From contig CAYUWH010000002.1 in assembly GCA_964448615.1 (NCBI GenBank), positions 4,841 to 48,431 on the forward strand: a stretch of 43,591 bases of DNA. Reading direction: 5' to 3'. Shown piece after piece: positions 1 to 8,739 of this stretch (positions are counted from its first letter, which is position 1; every line of letters begins with the position of its first letter). The position numbers and the translations under genes are program-made. The notes under the pieces were generated by a model. The model was not told the origin of the DNA. It saw only the letters and a list, made by a program, of their open reading frames with translations, and did no database searches. This DNA comes from an uncultured Candidatus Peribacteria bacterium. Its GTDB lineage: Bacteria > Patescibacteriota > Gracilibacteria > Peribacterales > Peribacteraceae.

Positions 1-257
1 GCACAATACAACTCGAAAATCGCGACGTTGATCTCATCGAGGTCGATACCCTCGATCTGCATTCGTCCTTCCTTGACGCTAATCTTCGGTTTGGCGGCTT
101 CGCTCTTAGCCGCAAACTCGTCGAGGTCTCGGAGGACCTTGTCGATCTTTTGCAGGAACTCCTGCTCGCGCTTCTGCGTGAACGGGTCTTGCGCCGGGAC
201 GCTTCCCGTGAGGCCGAACAGAACGAACAGAACGACGCCGAACGTGATCTTCTCCAT
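1..257 (-). CDS. Hypothetical secreted protein, 3' end truncated by window edge (not in ORF track)
   Basis: Manual translation MEKITFGVVLFVLFGLTGSVPAQDPFTQKREQEFLQKIDKVL... is open to base 1. It has a signal-peptide-like N-terminus, a GGAGA SD at 265-269 and an upstream sigma70 promoter. Confidence 0.75.
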   Translation of the reverse strand, partial: MEKITFGVVLFVLFGLTGSVPAQDPFTQKREQEFLQKIDKVLRDLDEFAAKSEAAKPKISVKEGRMQIEGIDLDEINVAIFELYC

Positions 258-374
258 GCTTATCTCTCCGTTGCCGGGATGGCTGCGACGGAAGTGCTGC
301 AGCTCTACGGCGCTCTAATCACAAAAGTATGACCAGGGCGCCGTATCCGGACTGGTACCAAAGAACGTAGAGAT

Positions 375-403
375 AATATAAAACTTCCTATGTTATTTGT
401 CAA
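375..403 (-). promoter_or_regulatory. sigma70 promoter TTGACA-N17-TATATT
   Basis: tgtcaa at 398-403 and aatata at 375-380 on the plus strand, 17-bp spacer. Confidence 0.75.
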
Positions 404-458
404 ACTAAACCTCAAGAGAAATATATGGCAAATAGCCCATTAGAACCACTTTATAGGC

Positions 459-1907
459 TTAGCCAATGGCCTTCTTCAGGATCTCCTGCACCTTACCCGG
501 ATTCGCCTGTCCTTTCGTTTGCTTCATAATCCAGCCGACAATCGCCCCAAGAGCGGCTTCTTTGCCCGCCTTGAACGATTCAATGGCCTGTGGATTCGCC
601 TCAATGGCCTGCTTTACCAATGCCTCAAGCGCGCTGTCATCGCTGATCTGGCCCATGCCTTCTTCGGCAATGATCGTCTTTGCAGATTTGCCGGTTTCGA
701 TCATCTTCTCCAGCACGGTTTTCCCCGCATTTCCCGAGATCGTGCCGCTTCCGATTGCTTCTGCGAGTTCCAGCATCGCCTCCACGCTCGGACCCTGAGC
801 CACTTCTTTGTTATCTGCTTTTAAGAAGCCTAGCATCTGCGTGAGAACGATTCCGGAGGCGCGCTTCGGATCCTTTAGTTTTTCCGCAACAGCATTGAAG
901 ATTGCGCGGAGCGTGCCATCGTCCATCAGTTGCATCGCTTCGGCTTCGGTCAGGCCCATCGCTACATAATCCTCGCGCAACTGTTTCGGAAGTTTCGGCA
1001 AATTGCGACGCACTTCCTCCACCATCGCGGTATCAAAGTGCAATGGGGGAATATCGGGTTCCGGGAAGTAGCGGTAGTCGGCGGCTTCTTCTTTGTCGCG
1101 GAGCATGCGCGTCTTTTCCTCATCGTCCATCCATCCGACCGTGATATTTCCTTTCAACGGGCCGCCGGTTTCCTCCCAGAGTTTGCGCAGGCGCTTTTCC
1201 TCATACTGCAGCGCTTTTTCCAGGGCTTTAAACGAGTTCAGGTTTTTGATTTCACTGCGAGGATTCAATTTTTCCGTACCCACTTCACGCAGGGAAATCG
1301 AGGCATCGAAGCGCATCATCCCTTTAAACATGTCGGCGTCGCTGGAGCCGACTGCGATCAAAATGCGGCGGAGTTCTTGGGCGAAGGCGACTGCTTCATC
1401 GAAAGAACGCAGATCGGGTTCCGTCACGATTTCCATGAGAGGCGTGCCCGCGCGGTTGTAATCGCAGAGGGTTTTGTGACCGCGGTGCGTCAGTTTTCCA
1501 GCATCGTTCTCCACGTGCAGGCGATGAATGCGGCAGAGCTTGTCGCCGACTTTCGCGCCGCCGTGATCCATCATGTCGTACCGCACTTCGCCATGGCTCG
1601 CGAGCGGAAAATCGTACTGCGAAATCTGGTAGCCCATCGGCAAATCCGGATAGAAGTAGTGCTTGCGGTCGAAGTGCGAATCCGGGTTGATCGTGCAGCC
1701 GAGCGCGAGCGACATCTTCACGGCCTTGAAAATCGCCTCGCCGTTCGGGGCGGGGAGCGTGCCGGGATGCCCCATACAGATCGGGCATACCGTGGTGTTC
1801 GGCGCTTTCAAGAAGGCATCGTTGTCACAACCACAGAACATTTTCGTTTTCGTGTTCATCTGGGCGTGAACTTCAAGGCCGATGATGGTTTCGAGCTGCA
1901 TTGCCAT
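459..1907 (-). CDS. gatB: Asp-tRNA(Asn)/Glu-tRNA(Gln) amidotransferase subunit B
   Basis: IGLEVHAQ, FDRKHYFYPDLP.GYQISQ, DYNRAGTPLMEIVTEP, DYRYFPEPD motifs and C-terminal Yqey-like domain. Confidence 0.98.
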   Translation of the reverse strand: MAMQLETIIGLEVHAQMNTKTKMFCGCDNDAFLKAPNTTVCPICMGHPGTLPAPNGEAIFKAVKMSLALGCTINPDSHFDRKHYFYPDLPMGYQISQYDFPLASHGEVRYDMMDHGGAKVGDKLCRIHRLHVENDAGKLTHRGHKTLCDYNRAGTPLMEIVTEPDLRSFDEAVAFAQELRRILIAVGSSDADMFKGMMRFDASISLREVGTEKLNPRSEIKNLNSFKALEKALQYEEKRLRKLWEETGGPLKGNITVGWMDDEEKTRMLRDKEEAADYRYFPEPDIPPLHFDTAMVEEVRRNLPKLPKQLREDYVAMGLTEAEAMQLMDDGTLRAIFNAVAEKLKDPKRASGIVLTQMLGFLKADNKEVAQGPSVEAMLELAEAIGSGTISGNAGKTVLEKMIETGKSAKTIIAEEGMGQISDDSALEALVKQAIEANPQAIESFKAGKEAALGAIVGWIMKQTKGQANPGKVQEILKKAIG

Positions 1908-1910
1908 ATG

Positions 1911-1988
1911 GAGTATTTCGTATTTAGTATTACGTATTTAGAAGCAGAAACCAACCCTTAATGCTCAATACTAGATACTACATACTCA
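1911..1988. repeat. Inverted heptamer tandem array A, (NNGTATT)4 ... (NNATACT)4
   Basis: gagtatt tcgtatt tagtatt acgtatt, spacer, then taatgct caatact agatact acatact. Confidence 0.85.
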
Positions 1989-2438
1989 TTTCCCGTTTTC
2001 TTTATAATCCACGATTAAGAGTCCGTTTAAGTGATCCACCTCATGTTGCACGATTCTCGCCTCCAGATTCGTCAATTTCCGCTCTTGTTCTTGGCCTTTG
2101 GCATTCAAAAACCGCACGGCGATCGATTTGGCTCTCGGCACATCGATCCACACATTCGGCAGACTCAAGCAGCCTTCCTCCGCAATTTCCACGCCGTCTC
2201 CTTTCCAGAAAATTTCCGGATTGATGAGAGGAGTCAGGCGTCCGTTTAGGCGCACCAGGCAAAGCCGAATCGATTGTCCGACTTGCGGTGCCGCCAAGCC
2301 GAGTCCGTCAGCTTTCTTCGTTGTTTCCTCCATATCTTTAATGAGGGTCAGCAATTCCTTCGTCACCTTGGGAATGGTGCGATTTTTTGCACGCAAAAGT
2401 GGGTGGTTTGCTCCTGTGAGAATTGGAAGAACGGACAT
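1986..2438 (-). CDS. def: Peptide deformylase
   Basis: GLGLAAPQ, EGCLS and QHEVDHLNG motifs; start moved to MSVLPIL because the extra upstream codons are heptamer repeat. Confidence 0.96.
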   Translation of the reverse strand: MSVLPILTGANHPLLRAKNRTIPKVTKELLTLIKDMEETTKKADGLGLAAPQVGQSIRLCLVRLNGRLTPLINPEIFWKGDGVEIAEEGCLSLPNVWIDVPRAKSIAVRFLNAKGQEQERKLTNLEARIVQHEVDHLNGLLIVDYKENGK

Positions 2439-2440
2439 GA

Positions 2441-2528
2441 TAGTATTTAGTATAAAGTATTTAGTATTTAGCGGTATAGACAAAGCAAAGAGGCGGGCTT
2501 GTCTTCAATACCAGATACTAAATACTTA
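2441..2528. repeat. Inverted heptamer tandem array B
   Basis: tagtatt tagtata aagtatt tagtatt ... caatacc agatact aaatact. Confidence 0.85.
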
Positions 2529-3119
2529 TTACCTCGCTCCAATTGGAGAGCCTAACCCGGCCTTGCTTCGCAATTCATCCATCGAGCGGATCTGGAATTT
2601 TTCCGCCATCGACACCAAGGCTTTGGCCGTTAAGAGCACATCCGGCAGCGCGCGATGACGTTCCTCCGGTGTGGGCAATGGCAGTCCGAGGCGTTCGCTG
2701 AGCGAATCCAAATTATGGCGGAAGGCGGTGGGATACAAACTCTGGCTGAGTTTCATCGTGCACAAGCAAGTGGGCAGTTCTACGTAGCCCCAACAAAATT
2801 CTTTTTCATGCTCCAAAAAGCTCATGTCGAAGCCGGCGTTGTGGGCAATGAGGAACGTACCTTGTGCAAACTGCAAAAATTCCGGCAGTACCGTCATGAT
2901 CGTCGGCGCGTCTTTGACCATATCGTCACTGATGTGGTTGATCTGCTTCACCTCCCAGGGGATCTCACGCTCGGGATTCACGAGACGGGTAAAAGCGGCC
3001 TGCTCTTGAATAATCCCGTTCTCGATACGTACTCCTGCTATCTCCACGATACGATGTCCTTTTTTGGGATCCAATCCCGTTGTTTCCACGTCGAAGACTG
3101 TCAGGGAGGGCAGCGGCAT
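2529..3119 (-). CDS. DEDDh 3'-5' exonuclease (DnaQ/Pol III epsilon-like)
   Basis: FDVETTG, AHNAGFD, HRALPD motifs; TACAAT -10 box 7 nt before the ATG at 3119. Confidence 0.93.
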   Translation of the reverse strand: MPLPSLTVFDVETTGLDPKKGHRIVEIAGVRIENGIIQEQAAFTRLVNPEREIPWEVKQINHISDDMVKDAPTIMTVLPEFLQFAQGTFLIAHNAGFDMSFLEHEKEFCWGYVELPTCLCTMKLSQSLYPTAFRHNLDSLSERLGLPLPTPEERHRALPDVLLTAKALVSMAEKFQIRSMDELRSKAGLGSPIGAR

Positions 3120-3217
3120 GGCGGCGATTGTAGGTGATTTTTTTGCGGGGACCAACGGGGATTGTGGAAATTTTCTGCGGAACGAATTATGGATGCGGAA
3201 AATGTTCGTCGTAATCG

Positions 3218-3271
3218 TGTAGAGACGTGCAAACTTGTGGTGAGTACGCCGAACCATCGCACGTCTCTACA
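3218..3271. repeat. GTAG-type REP-like palindrome with nested second element
   Basis: Perfect 13-bp inverted repeat tgtagagacgtgc (3218-3230) / gcacgtctctaca (3259-3271) enclosing ttgtggtgagtacgccgaacca. Confidence 0.7.
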
Positions 3272-3308
3272 GTTCGTCATCCATAGGCGGTCAATCTATA
3301 ATAGGTGT

Positions 3309-4007
3309 ATGCATCGCAAAGATGGTATTCCGCTGGATACGGCGCTGGAGGAGCTGGGCAAGCTCTATACGCCGCCCAAAACGTTTCTGCACTATCGGAC
3401 ACCGCTGGATTTGATGGTCGCCGTGATTCTCTCTGCGCAATGCACGGATGCACGTGTGAATATCGTCACGGAAACCATTCTCTATCCCAAGTATAAAACC
3501 GCAGAAGACTATGTGAACGTCTCTCGGCAGGAATTGGAAAAAGATATTCAGACTTGCGGCACGTTTCGCATGAAGGCGCGCGCGATTCAGGAAGCGTGTG
3601 CGATGTTGATCGAGAAATTTCACGGAGAGATGCCCCGGACCATGGCGGAGCTGACACAACTTCGCGGTGTCGGACGAAAGACGGCGTCAGTTATTTTGGC
3701 GGCTGCCTTTGATATCAACGAAGGCATCGCTGTCGACACGCACGTGCAGCGTCTTGCGCAGCGATTGGGTCTGAGTACGCATGATGACCCCACGAAAATC
3801 GAACAGGATTTGATGGTTCAGGCACCACAGAAACGTTGGCGTGATGTAACGGTGTATTTGATCAGCCACGGTCGTGCGGTGTGTACGGCGCGGGGGAGAA
3901 AGTGTGGTGCGTGCGTGTTCAAGAACGAGTGTCCTTCGTCATTGGTGATGGATAGGTCCGATAAAGCGAAACCGAAGAAAAATGGCATGGGGAAGCGGAA
4001 AAATTGA
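3309..4007 (+). CDS. nth: Endonuclease III
   Basis: VILSAQCTDARVN, HhH motif LRGVGRKTA, AVDTHV, and 4Fe-4S motif C-x6-C-x2-C-x5-C; TATAAT 6 nt before ATG. Confidence 0.96.
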   Translation: MHRKDGIPLDTALEELGKLYTPPKTFLHYRTPLDLMVAVILSAQCTDARVNIVTETILYPKYKTAEDYVNVSRQELEKDIQTCGTFRMKARAIQEACAMLIEKFHGEMPRTMAELTQLRGVGRKTASVILAAAFDINEGIAVDTHVQRLAQRLGLSTHDDPTKIEQDLMVQAPQKRWRDVTVYLISHGRAVCTARGRKCGACVFKNECPSSLVMDRSDKAKPKKNGMGKRKN

Positions 4008-4031
4008 CATTTTTCCAAAAATCTTTACAGT
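4004..4031 (+). promoter_or_regulatory. sigma70 promoter TTGACA-N16-TACAGT
   Basis: Overlaps the nth stop codon and precedes a structured leader. Confidence 0.65.
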
Positions 4032-4141
4032 TCCTGAGTTCAGAACGGGGTGTTCTGGCGTTCCTTCACACGAGGACGGTCATGCTCAGGATGTATATCT
4101 GTATTTTCACGATTCCAAACGGGATCCGGAGGCAACAAGCT

Positions 4142-4219
4142 GTGACGGATACAAGTATGTGGCTCACAACATCTACGGACTCTCCATTTGCGGGGGCCGC
4201 ATGTATCGCTGCCGCGTGA
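4142..4219 (+). CDS. Possible 25-aa leader peptide (GTG start)
   Basis: GGAGG at 4128-4132 lies 9 nt before GTG; the stop TGA overlaps the next ATG (TGATG). Confidence 0.35.
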   Translation: MTDTSMWLTTSTDSPFAGAACIAAA

Positions 4220-4854
4220 TGGGGGAGCGCAAGAGCATCAGATTCGTCGGATTTCATGAAGATCTGACCCAGACCTGCGATCGCCGCCGCGCCGATTTCT
4301 TGCTGGCACTGAAAAGCGCGCAGATGTCCGGCACCACGGACGGCAACATCGAATTTTCGCTTCGGCCATGGCTTGCACCGGATGTCATGCCCGGGGTTGA
4401 CGACCAGGGGCGGCTGCTCATCGATCGTTGGCACGTTCATCTCTACTGCGGCGATCCGTACAGGGAGGTGTGGTTTCACCGGCACTGTTTCTGCGACGAT
4501 GTGGCGGCCCAGCGCTGGCCCGGTTTCACGGCGCTGGATGTGCTCGCTCCGGTTGCGGCTCCGTCTCGGGAGTTGCTGCGGGAGGCCGGCGGCCTGCTGC
4601 TCAGTCACTGGCTTGCCGGCAATCCCTGTCCCGCCCGGTACCTGGACGATGTCCGGCGCGGCCGCAGCCAGATCGGAATGATGAAGGATCGCAGCGATCT
4701 GCTCACCTGGATCGGTCAGCACGTGCCAACGGACGCTCGATCCCTCGATGAGCTTGTCTCGCGAGCGGTTGACAGCATGCAGAGGGGTGTGCGCCGCTCC
4801 GCCTCGGCGAGCCGTAACGGCTACGTGAAACACAACCGCATCAGGCATCTCTGA
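4219..4854 (+). CDS. Hypothetical protein (ORFan-like, His/Cys-rich); start uncertain
   Basis: Long GC-rich ORF between a promoter and an intrinsic terminator; contains WHVHLYC and WFHRHCFC; no recognised family. Confidence 0.6.
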   Translation: MGERKSIRFVGFHEDLTQTCDRRRADFLLALKSAQMSGTTDGNIEFSLRPWLAPDVMPGVDDQGRLLIDRWHVHLYCGDPYREVWFHRHCFCDDVAAQRWPGFTALDVLAPVAAPSRELLREAGGLLLSHWLAGNPCPARYLDDVRRGRSQIGMMKDRSDLLTWIGQHVPTDARSLDELVSRAVDSMQRGVRRSASASRNGYVKHNRIRHL

Positions 4855-4874
4855 GATGTCTGATGCATCGCCAA

Positions 4875-4912
4875 GACCTCTCCGCACTCTACCGCGGAGA
4901 GGTCCTTTTTTT
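4875..4912 (+). terminator. Rho-independent terminator
   Basis: gacctctccgc-loop-gcggagaggtc followed by T7. Confidence 0.85.
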
Positions 4913-4936
4913 GTGAACGATGATGTGTCTGTTTCA

Positions 4937-6139
4937 CTAAAATGCGTAGGCTTCCTCTCCATGCAGCGCTTTATCGAGACCTTCTTCCTGTGCTTGCGGA
5001 TGCACGCTGACATTCATCACAAATTTCAGAATGGCGAGAATCACGTATGTCGCGACGAAGGCAAAGACGGCCGTGATCGCCGTTGCTTGCAGATTTGCGA
5101 TGAACAATGCGCTGTTTCCTTCCAGTAATCCTGCAAATCCTCCGATTTGTTTCGAAGCGAACACGCCAGTCAGGATTGAGCCGATAATGCCGCCGACTCC
5201 ATGGCATCCCCATACATCGAGTGCATCATCCCAGCCGCGCGCGATGCGGAACTTGATTGCGTAGAAACATCCCACCGCTGCCACTGCGCCAATGATGAGG
5301 GCCGCGAAGGGTGTTACGTAGCCCGCTGCGGGCGTGATAGCCACCAGTCCTGCGACTGTGCCGGTGAGTGCGCCGACCATGCTGGGTTTTTTGTCGACGA
5401 TCCAGGAGAGGAAGAGCCACACGACCATGGCCATTGAGGCGGCGATATCCGTATTGGCAAAGGCCATTGCGGCTTGCCCGTTTGCCGCCAGCGCGGAACC
5501 GGCGTTGAACCCGTACCACCCGAACCACAGCAGGCCCGTTCCCAATGCCACGGAGGTGATGTTGTGTGGAAGATGCGTGGTGTTCTTGCGCTTACCCAGA
5601 ATGAAGACCGAAGCGAGCGCCCCCATTCCGGCACTAATATGCACGACCGTGCCGCCCGCGAAGTCGATGGCGCCAAGCTTGGCGAGGAAGCCTCCGCCCC
5701 ACACCCAGTGTGCGAGCGGCGCGTACACGAGCACGCTCCAGAGAATAAGGAAAATCAGATAACTCTTGAAGTTCATGCGCTCCGCGAAGGCACCGGTAAT
5801 GAGAGCCGGCGTGATGATGGCGAACATCATTTGGAAGACGAAGAATGCGGCAAAAGGAATGGTGGTTCCGTAGGTTGGGGAGGGTGCAAGGCCGATGCCG
5901 TTCATCATCATGTAGTCGAGGCCGCCTATCAGTCCGTTGATATCCGTGCCAAAGACCAGCGAGAACATGAACGTTGCCCAGAGTACGGTTACGAGCCCCA
6001 TTGAAATGAAGCTTTGCATCATGATCGTCAGCACGTGCTTGCGCTTCACGAGTCCGCCGTAGAAAAAGGCGAGGCCAGGGGTCATGAGCGCGACGAGCGC
6101 TGAGGATAGGAGAACGAATGCGGTGTCACCGGTGTTCAT
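4937..6139 (-). CDS. amtB: Ammonium transporter (Amt family)
   Basis: MTPGLAFFYGG, DFAGGTVVH, WFGWYGFNAGS, DDALDVWGCHG. Confidence 0.97.
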   Translation of the reverse strand: MNTGDTAFVLLSSALVALMTPGLAFFYGGLVKRKHVLTIMMQSFISMGLVTVLWATFMFSLVFGTDINGLIGGLDYMMMNGIGLAPSPTYGTTIPFAAFFVFQMMFAIITPALITGAFAERMNFKSYLIFLILWSVLVYAPLAHWVWGGGFLAKLGAIDFAGGTVVHISAGMGALASVFILGKRKNTTHLPHNITSVALGTGLLWFGWYGFNAGSALAANGQAAMAFANTDIAASMAMVVWLFLSWIVDKKPSMVGALTGTVAGLVAITPAAGYVTPFAALIIGAVAAVGCFYAIKFRIARGWDDALDVWGCHGVGGIIGSILTGVFASKQIGGFAGLLEGNSALFIANLQATAITAVFAFVATYVILAILKFVMNVSVHPQAQEEGLDKALHGEEAYAF

Positions 6140-6177
6140 GGGATATGGGGAGGGGGATAAAGGGGTGAATCGGAGAT

Positions 6178-6271
6178 AGGTAAGGAACGTAAGGAAGGTC
6201 AGGCAGGTAAGGCAGGTGGGGCAAGCGTTGTACCTTCTTTACGTTTCTTGCCTTCAATACCTGCTTTACCT
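6178..6271. repeat. Inverted nonamer tandem array, (AGGTAAGGA-like)5 ... (TCTTTACCT-like)5
   Basis: aggtaagga acgtaagga aggtcaggc aggtaaggc aggtggggc / gttgtacct tctttacgt ttcttgcct tcaatacct gctttacct. Confidence 0.75.
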
Positions 6272-6274
6272 GCA

Positions 6275-7687
6275 TCAAACATCGAAGTATTTAAAGAACT
6301 CATGCGGAGTCGGCCGCTTGCGCTCTTCGACGACCTCGACGCGCTTCACCGCGATAAAGTCATCGAGAAAGTCTTGGGTGAACACCCCGCCTTCGACGAG
6401 GAACGTATGATCCTTCTCCAGTGCATCGAGTGCGGAGGAAAGATCATGCGGCGCATGCGGGATTTTGGAGAGTTTCGCTTCCTCCATTTCGTAGAGATTT
6501 TCATCGGTCGGCTTGCCCGGATCGATCTTGTTTTTTACCCCATCAAGACCGGCAAGCAGCATTGCGGCGAAGCAAACGTAGGGATTGGCGGCTGGATCGG
6601 GGGAGCGGAATTCGATGCGTTTGGCCTTGGGATTATTCGAGTACATCGGAATGCGGATGGCAGCCGAGCGGTTGCGTGCGGAGTAGATAAAGTTCACCGG
6701 TGCTTCGAAGCCCGGGACCAATCTCTTGTAGCTGTTGGTGGTCGGATTGCAGAGGGCGCAGAGCGCCTGAGCGTGTTTCAAAATACCGCCCATGTACCAC
6801 ATGGCCATCTGGCTGAGACCTGCGTATTTGTCACCGGCAAACAAGGGTTTGCCGCCCTTCCATAAACTCTGGTGCGTGTGCATGCCTGAGCCGTTATCCC
6901 CGCAGATGGGCTTGGGCATGAAGGTCGCCGTCTTGCCGTAGCGATAGGCCACGTTGCGGACGATGTACTTGTAGCGCATCATCGCATCGGCCATTTTCAA
7001 GAGTTCATCGAACTTCATGTCGATCTCCGCTTGTCCGGCGGTCGCCACTTCGTGGTGGAATGTTTCGATGGTGATGCCGGCCTGCTCCATCGCAATCACC
7101 ATCGCGGCACGCACATCCTGGTGTTTATCGGCGGGGGCGGCGGGGAAGTAGCCCTCTTTATGGCGGATCGCGTATCCAAGATTTCCTCCTTCTTCACAGC
7201 CACTGCCACAGTTCCAGGCTGCCTCGATCGAATCCACTTCAAAGTGTGCAGCACCCGCAGAGACGTCGTAGCTTACGTGATCGAAGATGAAAAATTCCGC
7301 CTCCGGTCCGAAGTACGCTTTATCCGCGAGTCCGGTCTTTTTCAGGTAATCCATCGCACGCTGGGCAATGGTGCGAGGACTGCGCAGATACATCTTGCGC
7401 GTAAGCGGCTCCAGGACGTCGCACATCATCGAGAGCGTGGGCTCTTCGGTGAAGGGATCCATGTACGCCGTATTCGGGTCCGGCATCAGGAGCATGTCCG
7501 ATTCCTGAATCTGCTGGAAGCCGCGGATGGAACTTCCGTCGAAGCCCGCGCCGTCTTTGAGTACGTCCTCCAGCTCATGAATGGGCTTCGAGGTGTGATG
7601 CATCGTGCCCGGTACGTCTACAAAGGTGAGGTCCAATACTTTCGCATTCTGTTTTTTTGCAAGATCCAAGACGTCTTTGGCGGTCAT
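6275..7687 (-). CDS. glnA: Glutamine synthetase type I (GSI-beta-like)
   Basis: FDGSSIRGF, HHEVATAGQ.EI, KTATFMPKP..GDNGSGMH.H, RIEFRSPD, and adenylylation-site-like NLYE; start set at MTAKD. Confidence 0.98.
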   Translation of the reverse strand: MTAKDVLDLAKKQNAKVLDLTFVDVPGTMHHTSKPIHELEDVLKDGAGFDGSSIRGFQQIQESDMLLMPDPNTAYMDPFTEEPTLSMMCDVLEPLTRKMYLRSPRTIAQRAMDYLKKTGLADKAYFGPEAEFFIFDHVSYDVSAGAAHFEVDSIEAAWNCGSGCEEGGNLGYAIRHKEGYFPAAPADKHQDVRAAMVIAMEQAGITIETFHHEVATAGQAEIDMKFDELLKMADAMMRYKYIVRNVAYRYGKTATFMPKPICGDNGSGMHTHQSLWKGGKPLFAGDKYAGLSQMAMWYMGGILKHAQALCALCNPTTNSYKRLVPGFEAPVNFIYSARNRSAAIRIPMYSNNPKAKRIEFRSPDPAANPYVCFAAMLLAGLDGVKNKIDPGKPTDENLYEMEEAKLSKIPHAPHDLSSALDALEKDHTFLVEGGVFTQDFLDDFIAVKRVEVVEERKRPTPHEFFKYFDV

Positions 7688-7924
7688 AGGAAGCGAGGGG
7701 AGAAAAGTACATCGCATCTCTATGCATTGCTTGATGAGTCCTTTCAATCTTTTCCTGAGCAGATAAGTTGCACTGTTCATTTTTTAAACAACAAAATTAC
7801 CTTTCCTGTTTTTGTTCCTTTTCAAGCCGTGTTTACGCCGCTACGATGCGCCCGTGTATGGGCCTGGTGCCATAAGGCTGTTGTATCGTATTACATCTTG
7901 CCGTTTACCACTCTTCCTGACGTT

Positions 7925-8698
7925 ATGACGAAAGATCTTCTCCATGTCCTGCGCTCGGCCGGACTCGATGATAAAGAGGCGCCGCTCTATTTGTCCGGAC
8001 TCCAATTGGGATCCGCTCCCGCTTCGGACTACGCAAAGGCCACGGGTCTCAACCGCATTACAGCCTATAACACGCTGGAATCCTTGGTGCGTCGAGGACT
8101 CTTCACGCTTGAGAAAAAAGTACGGGGCAAATCGTATGCGCCGGTCCCGCCGGAACATCTCGCAATCGAAGTCCGCAAGAATGCAGAAGCCGTTCAGCGC
8201 ATGTTGCCCGAGCTTCGTTCCTTGCAGGGGAGCACCTACCGCAAGCCGCATGTCCGCTTTTTCGAGGGATGGGAAGGCGTGCGCCGCGTGTATGAAGACA
8301 CGCTGACGGCCAAGAGCGAGCTTCTGAACTTCGCAAACTCCGCGGTCGTGCGCAAATTTTGGCCGAATTACGATGAGGAATATGTGGCGGCCCGCGTGAA
8401 GCGCGGCATTCATCTGCGCGGCATTGCTCCCGACGATCAAATCGGACGCAAAGTGCATGGCGAAGACCGCAAGCAGCTGCGCGAAATCCGTCTCGTCAGT
8501 TCGAAGGATTTTGACTTCACCAACGAGATTAACGTCTACGATTCCAAGGTGGCGATCTGTTCTTTCGGGGCGGGAAAGAAGAGCGAACAGGAGATGTTCG
8601 GGGTGATCATCGAAAGCAAAGAAGTCGCCGAAACGCAGCGTCAGATCTTCGAGATGGCATGGCGGTATGCGGGTGGAAAACTCAAGCGCTGGTTGTAA
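7925..8698 (+). CDS. TrmB-family transcriptional regulator
   Basis: N-terminal HTH (GL..KE..LY..LQLG...A...A..TGLNRITAY..L..L..RGL), KPHVRFFEGWEG, effector domain ending FEMAW; divergent from glnA. Confidence 0.88.
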   Translation: MTKDLLHVLRSAGLDDKEAPLYLSGLQLGSAPASDYAKATGLNRITAYNTLESLVRRGLFTLEKKVRGKSYAPVPPEHLAIEVRKNAEAVQRMLPELRSLQGSTYRKPHVRFFEGWEGVRRVYEDTLTAKSELLNFANSAVVRKFWPNYDEEYVAARVKRGIHLRGIAPDDQIGRKVHGEDRKQLREIRLVSSKDFDFTNEINVYDSKVAICSFGAGKKSEQEMFGVIIESKEVAETQRQIFEMAWRYAGGKLKRWL

Positions 8699-8723
8699 CG
8701 GACCTTACGTAAGGTCCGTTACA
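8694..8723. repeat. Perfect 30-bp palindrome P1
   Basis: tgtaacggaccttacgtaaggtccgttaca equals its own reverse complement. Confidence 0.95.
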
Positions 8724-8739
8724 CGGGTATAGTTTCTTT

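Noticed and set aside
930-1961. 343-aa plus-strand ORF
   Set aside because: Antisense shadow of gatB with no motifs
4066-5013. 315-aa minus-strand ORF
   Set aside because: Overlaps amt and runs against the promoter/terminator polarity, which supports the plus-strand gene
7031-7924. N-terminal extension of the 555-aa ORF
   Set aside because: Antisense to glnA; TrmB homology begins at 7925
7688-7924. Glutamine (glnA) riboswitch or NrpR/GlnR box upstream of glnA
   Set aside because: No recognisable consensus on the coding strand; an Rfam scan would be needed to exclude it fully
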